Shown here: positions 9,401 to 19,500 of the stretch, one piece after another | Layout: every line of letters begins with the position of its first letter | Numbering within the stretch: position 1 is the stretch's first letter | IMG/VR virus record: IMGVR_UViG_3300009593_000016 | Span: 1-64,000 of that record | Strand: one strand, 5' to 3' | DNA: 64,000 nucleotides | DNA from: an uncultured virus (IMG/VR IMGVR_UViG_3300009593_000016) | Lineage: Duplodnaviria; Heunggongvirae; Uroviricota; Caudoviricetes | The notes under the pieces: generated by a model | The model's input: the letters and a program-made list of their open reading frames with translations, nothing else | Databases searched by the model: none | Told to the model about the DNA's origin: nothing | Program-made: the position numbers and the translations under genes

Positions 9401-12400
9401 TACCTGAACGATTACCAGAGAATACTTCAGAAGAGTTAGTAGCACCGTCATAAAGTGCGAACCTAGATGCTGACTCATCCCATCCAAAGAAACCAATACG
9501 TGCTTGTGAATCATAATATCTAAATTCTATACCACGATCTTTCTGATCATTAGAACCAGGAGCAGTATCTCCACCCAAAGTCATTATAGGATCATCAACC
9601 GTGATTACAGTGCTGTTAAATGTAGTAGTGGTACCTTGAACTGTAAGGTTACCTGTTATTTCTGCGTTACCACCTACTAATAAATTCTGTCCAGCAGCAA
9701 GAGTTACGGGGGAATTAAACGTAGAAGTCGCTTCTACTGTTAAAGCATCACCAGTTGCATCACCAATAGTGACTTGAGATCCGTTAAATGATACTTCACG
9801 GTTAAATGTTGCATCACCGTGTACAAGTAAAGTACCAGCAGATGATGTACCCTGTCCTGTACGTCCAATTGTTGTATTACCAGACTCACCTAATACTTCA
9901 AATTCGTATGTATCAGTAGTAAGATCCTTACCAATATAAAGATCATCACCCACATAGAGGTCAGTACGTATACCAGCACCACCTTGTACTACCAAGTTGT
10001 TTGCTGTATCAGATGCGAACGTACCTGTATGTGCTGTACCAGAACCAATGCGTACCTTATAACGTACATCGTTATAGTTAGAGGTATTAAAGTTCTCAGT
10101 ATTTCCTAGGTCCTTTTCAGAAATGACCCCATTCAGACTTACGTTTCCATTAAGAAGTAAGTTACCAGCAACGTAACCACCACCATCTAATCTGAATGTA
10201 CCATAATCACCACCACTAATTACAAAATTATCGCTTCCATCTGTACTGATAGTAGGATCATCAACCTTCTCAAAGTGGATCAATCCAGCAGCATTAATGG
10301 AACCTTCTATGTCAGTATTACCATTGGTACTACTAACAACAAACTTGTTTGCACTACCATTTGTGATAGTAAATGTCTTTCCAGTGACATCCATTAGGAA
10401 GTCATTATGGAATACTACATCACCATCTACATCTAATTCTGCATTGAGGGTAACATTGTTATCTACATCCAACGTGCTGTTGAATGTTACTCCACCGTCT
10501 ACGTCAAGAGTACCATCACTATGTGTGTTACCGTTGTCAGTATCTACATCAAATACGCTAACACCAGCAGCAGTTTGAATATCAAATTTCTTATTGTCTG
10601 CTTTGATAATAAGGTTGTCTGTGATCTCAGTTTCTAACTGAACATCTAGTGTACCTTCTATTACTGTATTACCATTATCATAATCAACAGTAAACTTATC
10701 TACTCCAGCAGCAGTCTGTATATTAAATGACTTATTATCTGCTTTTAATAGGAAGTTATTATTAATCTCGGACTGTCCTGCAGTAGTAACAGTTCCACCA
10801 ATATGAACATTCTCAGAGAAACCTGCACCACCTGTTACGACAAGAGTACCTGAAGTGGTGGACGTGGATCCTGTGTTAGTGGTAAGCCTGAGGTTACCAG
10901 CGATAAGAGGAGAGTCTGTGCCAGCGAATACTTCAGAGGTGTTAGTGGCAGAGTCGATAAACCTATATCCACCAGTGCCAGACCATAAATTAGCGTCTGC
11001 ATAGTCCTCATCCCATCCAAAGAAACCTATCTTAGCAGATCCATCATAGTATCTGAACTCAATACCACGGTCTTTATTATCATCTGAACCTGGAGCAGTA
11101 TCACCACCCAGTGTAAAGATAGGATCATCAATGGTTACAACAGTTGAATTAACTGTAGTTGTTGTACCATCTACCTGTAAATCTCCACGGACTTGGACTA
11201 GACCTGAGACAGCATCGTCATCATTAGGGTCTAATACTAGAGTAGCATTAGTACTACTTAAAGTATTATCTTGGAATTGGAATCCTTCTACATTAACTCT
11301 ATTACTTACATTAGTAGCAGAGATTGTAATGTCATTATCTGCAGTAATATTTAAAGCTGCAGTACCACCACCTGCATTTGTGATAGCAATATCAAATGTA
11401 CGTGCAGATCCAGAGTTCTGAGTTGACTGGAATGTTAAGTTACCGTCTCCAGTCTTGTCTAGAGTTTGGTTAACCCCTCCGTCGAGGGTAATGTCCGCAT
11501 CACTGAAATAAAGTCTCGCGTTAATATCAACCTCTCCAGCACCACCATCACCCGTATTATTTGCCCCAAACAGTAGATTACCACTGGTGTCATTAACTTT
11601 AACATAATTAAGATAGTTGAAACCTCTGTAACCAGTACTAGCATCTAGTTCCTGGTCTAATTCAAAGTCTTCCTTGGTGTTACCATCTGCAAAGGAAACT
11701 CTATTGTTTTGAAGTTGAGTGTTATCAACACCCATTAATGCAATGCCTACGTGTCCGTTAGCATCAACATCAAAATCTTCTTGTGCAAAGGATGCTAATC
11801 CTTTCTGTTCTACAGCAACGTTATTGCAGAATCTCCAACTGCCTACGGTACCACTGGTATGAGATGGTTCTCCACCACCAGCAGCGATGTCAGCAATTGC
11901 TTGATATACTTTACCGTTTGCTTCTAATATATCATATCTACTATATGTCGTACCAGCACCATAAGTATCGTACTTAGAACCTTCTGTTGCTGTGGCAATA
12001 GGTACGTTAGTTGCTGTAGTAATTCTTCCGTATCTGTCTACACTAAATTTAACAGCGTTAACAGTTTCGGTACCATATGGTTCACCGTTTGAACCACCTG
12101 CAGCTACAGATATTAATGCTTCTGTATTATAGTTACCAACAACAACTGCTGTGTCAGCAAGATCAATAAATGGGTTTGATGTAGCACCGTCAGCATCAGT
12201 AAATATAACTCTACCAGCACCACCAGTTAGATTTCTAGTTACAATTTGACCTGCAGCTTGTCTAGCAAGAAGACCAAATGTGGTCATTCCAGCAAGAGAA
12301 GTTAGATCAGTATCTAAAGGCTGTGCGTCAATAATACCATATTCAGATAACGTAGCAGCAAGAGATGCACCAACTACCCTACCTCTTGAGTCAACCGTAA

Positions 12401-12833
12401 CCATCGAATAGTTAGCAGTTGCATCAGGATCATTAGGATTATAATGAGGTAATGATGGTACCAGTTCTAAGTTAGTCGCAAGGTTTAAGTTAGCAGAACC
12501 ATCAAACGATCCTGAACCTGTAATAGAACCAGTTAATTGAATTTGGCGAGCGTTGGCAAGACGTGTCGCAGTAGAGGCATTACCAATTAATGTAGCAGAT
12601 ATTGCACCAGCTTCGAAGTTACCGTCAGCGTCTCTCTTTACAAGTGTATTAGCAGCGTTTGATTCTGTCTCCAAAGGTCGCTCATATTTTAATGAGTTCC
12701 AAGGGGTTACTCCATCACCAATTTTGATACGTGACGTATCTATCTCAATTCCAAGTTCTCCTTGGGCTAGTATCGGGTTAATGTTTGCCCACTGCTGAGC
12801 ACCATCACGCCTTAATTGAATTCTATTTGCCAT
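6429..12833 (-). CDS. Long fibre protein (2134 aa) with Mtd_N-like N-terminus, beta repeats and an Ala/Thr-rich C-terminus
   Basis: RIQLRRD---W---NPILAQGELG-E-DT---KIGDG-T-WN-L-Y; repetitive G/T/V; sits where T4 has wac, just before g13. Confidence 0.85.
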   Translation of the reverse strand: MANRIQLRRDGAQQWANINPILAQGELGIEIDTSRIKIGDGVTPWNSLKYERPLETESNAANTLVKRDADGNFEAGAISATLIGNASTATRLANARQIQLTGSITGSGSFDGSANLNLATNLELVPSLPHYNPNDPDATANYSMVTVDSRGRVVGASLAATLSEYGIIDAQPLDTDLTSLAGMTTFGLLARQAAGQIVTRNLTGGAGRVIFTDADGATSNPFIDLADTAVVVGNYNTEALISVAAGGSNGEPYGTETVNAVKFSVDRYGRITTATNVPIATATEGSKYDTYGAGTTYSRYDILEANGKVYQAIADIAAGGGEPSHTSGTVGSWRFCNNVAVEQKGLASFAQEDFDVDANGHVGIALMGVDNTQLQNNRVSFADGNTKEDFELDQELDASTGYRGFNYLNYVKVNDTSGNLLFGANNTGDGGAGEVDINARLYFSDADITLDGGVNQTLDKTGDGNLTFQSTQNSGSARTFDIAITNAGGGTAALNITADNDITISATNVSNRVNVEGFQFQDNTLSSTNATLVLDPNDDDAVSGLVQVRGDLQVDGTTTTVNSTVVTIDDPIFTLGGDTAPGSDDNKDRGIEFRYYDGSAKIGFFGWDEDYADANLWSGTGGYRFIDSATNTSEVFAGTDSPLIAGNLRLTTNTGSTSTTSGTLVVTGGAGFSENVHIGGTVTTAGQSEINNNFLLKADNKSFNIQTAAGVDKFTVDYDNGNTVIEGTLDVQLETEITDNLIIKADNKKFDIQTAAGVSVFDVDTDNGNTHSDGTLDVDGGVTFNSTLDVDNNVTLNAELDVDGDVVFHNDFLMDVTGKTFTITNGSANKFVVSSTNGNTDIEGSINAAGLIHFEKVDDPTISTDGSDNFVISGGDYGTFRLDGGGYVAGNLLLNGNVSLNGVISEKDLGNTENFNTSNYNDVRYKVRIGSGTAHTGTFASDTANNLVVQGGAGIRTDLYVGDDLYIGKDLTTDTYEFEVLGESGNTTIGRTGQGTSSAGTLLVHGDATFNREVSFNGSQVTIGDATGDALTVEATSTFNSPVTLAAGQNLLVGGNAEITGNLTVQGTTTTFNSTVITVDDPIMTLGGDTAPGSNDQKDRGIEFRYYDSQARIGFFGWDESASRFALYDGATNSSEVFSGNRSGIDAGSIKLFDTTNATNNSSGALIVGGGASIGLDLYVGDDLVVTDDASVGGDVDITGTLDVTNDFAVSNKFSVAASSGNVLSSGTLGVTGVSTLNSTVNIVGGSSNLTVGGTGSITGDFSINATKFTVASATGNTAVDGTLDVNGATNVTNTLDVTGVATVTNTADASIAAGTYAASGAIQTAGGISIAKNLNLGTNLRVYGTTKLDGNVDTEGTQTHTGKSRFDNTSDATAANNNSASVFTAGGIAVTKKAYIGTDLNVGAGNFTVVGNTGNTLIAGTLGVTQATTLSSVNVTSTAVLDSTLTVGGNFAVNGTKFTIASATGNTVIDGTLDVDENTTVTADLNVTGAVDFDTTLNVDGNSTFNGTITQNSTSLFKDNVVLRGASKTLILQNGSSQDKITFHSTSGNAEITGASTLGSLGVTGNTTIGGTLGVTGQITGNVTGDLTGTADKSDLVDITNTTSTNLTYYPTFVSATSGYTEVRTDSDNLKYNPSSNTLEVSNFVSITNFEVQGNLNVTGNLTFHESEVGSIANHDTDALSEGSTNLYFTNERVDDRIDALFVAGAGIAKVYDDTAGTYTLSADFGEFTTDDVVEGTSNLFHTTARARASVSVTDGGGDGSLAYNSTSGVITYTGPSAAEVRAHFTGGTGIGISSGTITVTQADIDTDNVTEGSTNLFTTAARTRTHFTYGTGITHSSGTLSVTQGDINTDNVTEGSTNIFFTDARADARIAAADTGDLSEGSNLYYTDARADARIAAADTDDLSEGSTNLYYTNARADARADLKVAAAASSYATAAQGTTADNALAASAVSTFGGTLIDDADAATARTTLGLGTAATTASTAYATAAQGTKADNALVASTVSAFGVTLIDDADAAAARTTLGLGTAAVSATGDFATAAQGTTADNALAASAVSTFGGTLIDDADAAAARTTLGLGTAATTAATAYATAAQGTQSGTNDTDIDAIYTELNAIGNDASVTTVAHIKAALAALTR
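6552..7034 (-). repeat. Tandem 153-nt (51-aa) coding repeat, 3 copies plus a partial
   Basis: YATAAQGT-ADNAL-AS-VS-FG-TLIDDADAA-ARTTLGLGTAA; Tyr codons at 7034 and 6575 are exactly 3x153 apart. Confidence 0.9.
7070..7805 (-). repeat. Six copies of the T-D-x-x-x-EGS-x-NL-Y/F-x-T-x-AR motif in the fibre
   Basis: Read directly from the translation. Confidence 0.8.
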
Positions 12834-12876
12834 TGTTTATACTGTGAACCGTACGGATGGGTAGTAGCCTCTGAGA

Positions 12877-12884
12877 TATTTATA
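12877..12884 (-). promoter_or_regulatory. T4-type late promoter TATAAATA for the fibre-gp13-gp16 run
   Basis: Exact consensus, intergenic, immediately after a terminator. Confidence 0.85.
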
Positions 12885-12889
12885 ACCGT

Positions 12890-12915
12890 AAAAAAGGGAC
12901 TTCGTAGAGTCCCCC
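12890..12915 (-). terminator. Rho-independent terminator
   Basis: Minus strand GGGACT-CTACGA-AGTCCC-TTTTTT just after the stop at 12920. Confidence 0.85.
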
Positions 12916-12919
12916 TTGA

Positions 12920-13138
12920 TTATTCTGTTGTTTCTTCTTGAGTTACAGGTTCAGGAGACTCTTTTTGCTTAAGATAATTTAAGGTCTCCATTGCACCTTG
13001 CAACTTTAACATCTGTTGTTCGTTTTCTCGAACCTTATTTGCAAGTTGACCATTCTCTTCTCGGAAGGCATTAAACCTATCGGTGAAATCCTTCAATAAA
13101 TCCTCTTGGGACATAAATTCACTATCGGTTGCTGGCAT
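12920..13138 (-). CDS. Small coiled-coil protein (72 aa), possibly a fibre assembly chaperone
   Basis: Heptad-like, LKLQGAMETL; position next to fibre genes. Confidence 0.7.
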   Translation of the reverse strand: MPATDSEFMSQEDLLKDFTDRFNAFREENGQLANKVRENEQQMLKLQGAMETLNYLKQKESPEPVTQEETTE

Positions 13139-13361
13139 AATTAGACTCCATCATTTGTTTTAGTAAAGACTTGATCTCAGTCATTTCAGATTTTAGCACA
13201 TCTAGATCACTTTTCATAGTGTCGATACGCATTTCCTTTTTAGCTCTCGCTTGTTTCAAGAGACCAGTTGGGCTGTCTTTAGTATTTAGTACCGCTTGAG
13301 AATGGGTATCCCGAACCCATTCGGGGTGCCCTTCAACAAACTGAAATTTAGGTTTCGTCAT
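13122..13361 (-). CDS. Small coiled-coil protein (79 aa)
   Basis: VEGHP-WVRD--S-AVLN, LKSEMTEIKSLL; start re-assigned to ATG 13361. Confidence 0.75.
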   Translation of the reverse strand: MTKPKFQFVEGHPEWVRDTHSQAVLNTKDSPTGLLKQARAKKEMRIDTMKSDLDVLKSEMTEIKSLLKQMMESNYASNR

Positions 13362-13521
13362 ATTCAGGAGCAAGAAAGGATTTATAATCGAGCTGTTCAG
13401 TGAGGAAGGCTATTTCCTCCTTCAGCTCTTTCTTTTCTTTTTCTAAGGTGGAGATTTCTTCTTGGTAGATGATAATCATATCTTGAAGTTTAGAATTTTC
13501 CAGCTCTAAGTCCCAGTCCAT
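13348..13521 (-). CDS. Small acidic coiled-coil protein (57 aa, not in ORF track)
   Basis: Manual translation MDWDLELENSKLQDMIIIYQEEISTLEKEKKELKEEIAFLTEQLDYKSFLAPEYDET*. Confidence 0.7.
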   Translation of the reverse strand: MDWDLELENSKLQDMIIIYQEEISTLEKEKKELKEEIAFLTEQLDYKSFLAPEYDET

Positions 13522-13563
13522 AACGAGACGGAACCCCTTGCACTAAAAGGGTTAAGTCTCAAT

Positions 13564-13571
13564 TATTTATA
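13564..13571 (-). promoter_or_regulatory. T4-type late promoter TATAAATA followed by a 5-prime hairpin
   Basis: Exact consensus overlapping the upstream stop; GAGAC..AACCC/GGGTT..GTCTC stem at 13525-13560. Confidence 0.8.
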
Positions 13572-16500
13572 GATCGGAGAGTGCAATCACTCTCAAGTTC
13601 TTAACTATAGGAACGAAAGATTGGTTGGAAGAACTAAGTAAGATCTTAATCTGAGCTATTGTAAACTCTGGTGTATCTAAAGAATATTCGAAGTCTCTAT
13701 ATAAAAGATCTTCGGTCTTCTGTATACTCTTATCTTCTAAACCATTACCATTGAAGTATGTAAAACCTATTTCATCTACAGAGAGTGTAGTTCCGATAGG
13801 TACTATCTTATACATTACACGAATCTCAGTAGCAGGATGCCTCCAAGCTTCGAAACGTACCTTCAATGAGTTTGCTGGATTGAGCAAGTTAATAAGTTTG
13901 GTAATGTAGACTGCATCAGTCTTATCACCAGTATTCTTCTCAGCATCATTCTCACCAATTCCAAGGTTATTAACCCTGTTCATAGTGGTGATTAGAGAAC
14001 AACGGTCTGTATCAATAACAGGAGAAATACTCTTGTTAGTGGTTGTTAAAAGCATCTGAACGTTCAGAGACTTAGAACCAGACAGTCTAGCGTCCTCGTT
14101 TACTTGAGAGCATACCAATTTAGGAGAATCAAAATAATTATCCTCATTGGCAATCATATCATAATATACACCATCATTAATAAATGATGCCTCGTCAAGA
14201 TTAGATCCATTTCTAATTGAGGTACCACTAACAATATTAATTCTAGGATCAATAGTTGTTTCAGGATACACTGTCATTTGAAGTTGTGGATACACCTGAT
14301 CGATCTGTACGTTCTGTGTAGCAGTTACATTACCACCACCAGTTGTAATACCAGATGTAGATACAGATGTTACAGCTAATTTATAGGAGTCTATAGTTGG
14401 AGCTCCAATTGCAGTGTGCAATTTGTTAATCTCCGTTAATGGAATACCATCTAAGTTATAACATTCAATAATACTAGATGAACTATGTGCCAAAGCAGCA
14501 GTTCCACCTAATCCTCTTGAACCTGAAGGTAGAGTTATGATCTTACCGTCAGCAGAGATAGCACTATACTCACAGATCTCCCAATGCTGTGTTGGAATCT
14601 CAGGATCCCTAATAATAATAAAACCTTTGTTTGATGATCCAATTACTTCACCATTAATAATGGTATGGAAAGCAGCTGCATCAGCAACGTGAAGGGAGAA
14701 TGTACTAGACACACCATCCGTGGCAGTAATACCATTGGTATGATATGCAGAGTCAATTACTGTTGGTGAGACTTCAGAAACAACTCCTTCTAACTTAACT
14801 GAGTTAGAAACATCGTGCATACAATGGTTTGCGTGACGTACTGTAACTTCTGTTGCCTTATTGTAGTAAGAAATTGGAGCAGAAGGATACCTATTAATAT
14901 CATCGCCACCAGCAACAACACCACTGGAAGCGATGGTACCCGATGCAACGGTTACTGAATCTACAACTTGTGTGATTGGATCTGCGTCAGCGAATGTACC
15001 AGTTACAGACTTGATAGTTACCTTAGAGGTACCAGCATCCCAAGCAGTAACGGTACCAGATGCACCAGATCCATTAGTAATTTGTTCAGCTAACTGGAAT
15101 GTACCAGATACACCAGTTAACGTAATCTCAGCAGTTGATCTAGAAGATACCAAACGATAAATGTATGTTGAACCTGATGCAACACCTTGACGGAATGCTC
15201 CGACTAGATCATCAAGAATCAAATATGCATTAGATGAACCAGATACACCCTGCACAACCTCTCTGACAATAGCAGATGGTGCAGGTGAAGTATCAGTCTG
15301 TGTAAGTTCAGCACCAATAGTGAAGTTAGCTAAGTGATTATCAAGGATAACCTTAACTTCTGGTTTAGTAGTCTCAACTGGATTGAGTCTTAATGGAGCA
15401 ATACCACCGTTACCAATTGCTAGTTCAGCATTATTGAACCACGCTGTACCAGTCTGGTTTGGTGTAAACTCCGCTTTATATAATATAAACTTAAGGTCTT
15501 CGTACTGGTCAGCAGTCCAAGTAGATGCGTTCTGTGACTTGAATAGTACACCAGCATAAGGCTGTTCAGATATGGTTCTATCACTGGTTACATCGTCTTC
15601 ACCCATTCGAGAGATCCAAAGCTTATACTCGTTGGAGTCAGATAGAACAACAACGCAATAATCACGATTCTCTGTAGTATAGACTGGAGAAGGGAAGGTA
15701 AACTTCGTAGGAATTGTACCATTTTCTGATAGATTTATTTGGCTAGGAAGTAGAGTAACGTCAGAGAAAGCAAGAACTTTAGTGGTAGGATAACCATTAG
15801 CCATTTCCCTAACCTGTACCGAGACAGGAATTCTTTCATCTCTTGTTCTGAAGTAAAGGTCTACTGATGTTATGAATGCACCACCCTTAGATTCAACCAA
15901 GAATGATTGTGCAAGAGGGTCATACCAACCTGTGTCTCTAACACTGGTTGTTGTAGCATTAACAACTCTATCCTGAGTTACTGTATCTCTTACAATATCT
16001 GCATTTCTAACTGCAAGGATGGTCTGTTGCTTGGTCTCGATAACTCCAGATGCAACATAATTGTGTTGTGCAGCAGAATCAACTTCACCAGGTACTCTAG
16101 AGTCAGTAGGAGAAGTGGTAATACGTACAACACGAGTACCAGTTGCAAATCTTGGGTTAGTAGATACAGCAGGATTAGGAATCCAGATAATACCATCAAG
16201 GTTACCATTAGTATCTGATATCAAACGCTTAGGTTTAACAACAGAACGAGCACCAGAGGTAGAACCAACTAGGATCTCACCCTCTAATGGGTTACCATAA
16301 TATGCACCAGCAACTGTCTCAGACATTGTTTGTATATCAATGTTGAGTAATGGTGTAGTAGATGCATAAGATGTTGGTAGATCTGAAGTATCGTATGGTG
16401 ATTTACCATCATCAAATCCTGTCTCAGGACTGATCAACTTCAATCTACATCCAGATGTCTGTCCAACAACTGTCTCTCCAACAACATAAGGAGTATCATT

Positions 16501-19500
16501 TGTTCTAATATCCTCGACAGTATTCTTAATAACCTCAATCAACTTAGGAGTTGTATAGAAGTTAATATTAACGTTATCAATAAATGCGTAGAACCTAGTA
16601 TTAGGCTTCAAACGCTGAATCTTATATGCAATATTTCTTGAACGTACAAATGGTACTACTGTTCTTTCAATAGTTCTATCACCTAATGACTGTCTGTCAA
16701 TACGTGGTGTAACACGAGTCCTTAAACCAGAACGTACTTGTGAACTTGTAGTTCTTGTAGTTGTAGTATGAATCCATCTGATTCCTGGTCCTCTAAAGAA
16801 CTGAGAGTTAGTTGAAGATGTAGAAGCAGACCACTGTGTCCTCCAAGAGTTCCACTGTGTAGGAACAAGACCTGTGTTAACATCTCCACCAAGACGTTGA
16901 ATCTGTGCGTTGAAGTCACCTTCTATATTAACAACACGATCTCCTGCACGTCTTGTATCAATCCAGTCATCTGATGATGGATATAAATCAAGTCTACCAA
17001 TATAAGCAAACACGTTGAATGGGTTTACATTCTCAACACGTGATGCATATGGTTGTTTAATAAAGACAGTTTCAGTATATGGAAGTAATATTGTACCTGT
17101 TTCAGTTAAGGTTACACCAGAAGAACCAGCAGCATTATATTTTAAAGATACGTTAGTAGTATAATGAGAAGGACGTAGTGTACCTTCCTTAAAGTCTAAT
17201 GCAGCAGAGAAATCTTCGTGTGTCTTTGCTGTAGAGTCGAAAGAAGTAAAGTTGTCAACTAAGAAACCATTCTTAAATTTATCGAAACCATCAGCATCCT
17301 TAATAGGTAATGATGATGTTTCTAACTCAAGCATTGACAGTGAGGTATAGAACTCTAATTGGTCAACACGTTTTTCAATAGCACCGATATCACGCATAGT
17401 GAATCGTCTATTATTCTCTCTAGAAATAGCAACATCTTCAGGACCATATCCATATGGTTTGTGAACCATCGTTGCTAGTAACATAGCATTATCAATATTT
17501 GCTGGAAGTTCACCAGCTTCACCAGATATACCCTTAACGATCTTAAATGTTTGCTGATCAGTTAGGAATAGTTTATCTGTACGTCCAAGATAGAAATCAT
17601 AGTCACAACGGAAGTCAGACTCTGGCTTAGGAATGTCAATAATAGTAGCGTTATTTGCAACACCACCTGACGCAAATCCCCTATCTTTAAAGTCTAAGGA
17701 TGCACAGTTAACAAAGTAAGGTGCTGTTACAGTACCTGAACCAGATAGTACAGGTGTTACAGCAGGTCTAAAGTCAAGAACATCTCTTAATTGCTTAGTC
17801 TCACCATCCTGTGTGAATGATGGGATCTTATCATAATCAATACCAATGTAAGATTCGGAAGCAAAGTAGTCACCAGTTGTTTCGTGAACGAATCTATCAA
17901 ATACAATCATCAATTTCCTTAGAGGTTTGGTTGATGATGCATATCTAATTAGTTTACCAATATCATAATAGTGACCTTGCTGGTTAGAATCAAGGAAGAA
18001 TGATGGAGTAATATTCTTACTACCATTAACAATAGATCCTTCAGCATCATTAACAATACCAGTTAATGTAGCATCGTTAGCATCAAAACCACGTACACTC
18101 TCACCTAAGAGGAAGAACTGATCGTTCTCATATACGTAATGACAGACATACGAAACAGGGTTAAAGTTGATAACACGAGCTTTTGCCTTGGATGTAAGTC
18201 CCTCAATGATAGTTCCTTTTTTAAAGATTGTTGCGTCCTGGAATGTTGCATTAGGAATCTGTGCAGCATTATCATCGAGTGACTCGTAGACGGCGTGTAC
18301 TTTGTAGACATCAGTAGCTCCCAATGAAATTTCTTCGTCTTCAATACGGGTACCATAAAGTGAACCGTATGACAGACCATATTTCTGAGCATCAGAAGAA
18401 ATAGCGGTTCTCTCAACCTTCATTACTTCCATCTCAGTAGCATTCTTTAACTTCTTCTCTGCCTGGTTCTTGGAAACAGATGTATGTAAACGACAAGAAG
18501 TGATACCTGTTAAACCCGTAACCGTTAGAGAGGTTCTAGGTGTACCAGTAGTGTTAAATGTTAAGTTAGGTTCTATATCAATAGTTGTACCAGTAGCAAC
18601 AGATCCTCCAAGAACTGTCAAACTATAATGATCCTTATCATATGAAAGGAACTGTTCATCTGCTGGTAGTGAGATCGTAAAGTCACTAGCACCAGTAACA
18701 GTTATATCATCAAAGGTACGTGCAATGATTGCTGATTCGTCAGCAATAGATTTAATAGACTCTTTAGGCATCTCAATCAGCATATCTGCTGTTGCCTTAT
18801 CATATATCTGTGCTCTCGTTCTAATAAGTGCAGGGAAATCTCCATTACCTACACCAGTGGCAGTACCAGATGCTGTTAAAGCACTAGTTACTTCACCCTG
18901 GATACTACCACCAGTAGTATCAATACGGTTTATAGTGTATGTATTTGTACCATCAGGAGTTAAGATATCACCAGGACGTAGGTCGATGGTGAAGTTTGAC
19001 TTGGTACCAGTAAGTGTACCAGTATTAATATTGAATGATGTACCTGAAATAACTCTTACATCATCAAGTACTAAGTCTCCAGAGAAGATGATTGCGTTAG
19101 TATCAGGATCTCTACCTGTTACACCTTTAGCATCAGTAAGCTGGAACTGGAAATGGTTGGTTAATGAACCTACTTCAACACCATCTCTCTCAATTATTTC
19201 ACTATCACGGAATGTACCATAGACCTGGTACACCATAAAAATATCATTGTTAACAACATCATTAACAACAAATGCTTTTGCTTTTGATGTTCTTCCACGA
19301 ATGACAGCACCCTGACTCATTGTGGCATTCTGATTCAAATGGAATGCTGTTAATGGTTGAATATCAAATAGATAAGTCTTATAAACACAATCTGCTGCAG
19401 TTACATTAGTACCACTATGATATTCAAATGCAGCAGTACGAGCATATCCAACGATCTGTCCTGAAGCATTCAAACCATTAGGTCTTACATCACGAAATTC

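Noticed and set aside
6429..12833. Diversity-generating retroelement suggested by the Mtd_N-like domain and C-terminal repeats
   Set aside because: No reverse transcriptase in the window; the repeats are in-frame tandem copies without an adenine-specific TR/VR pattern
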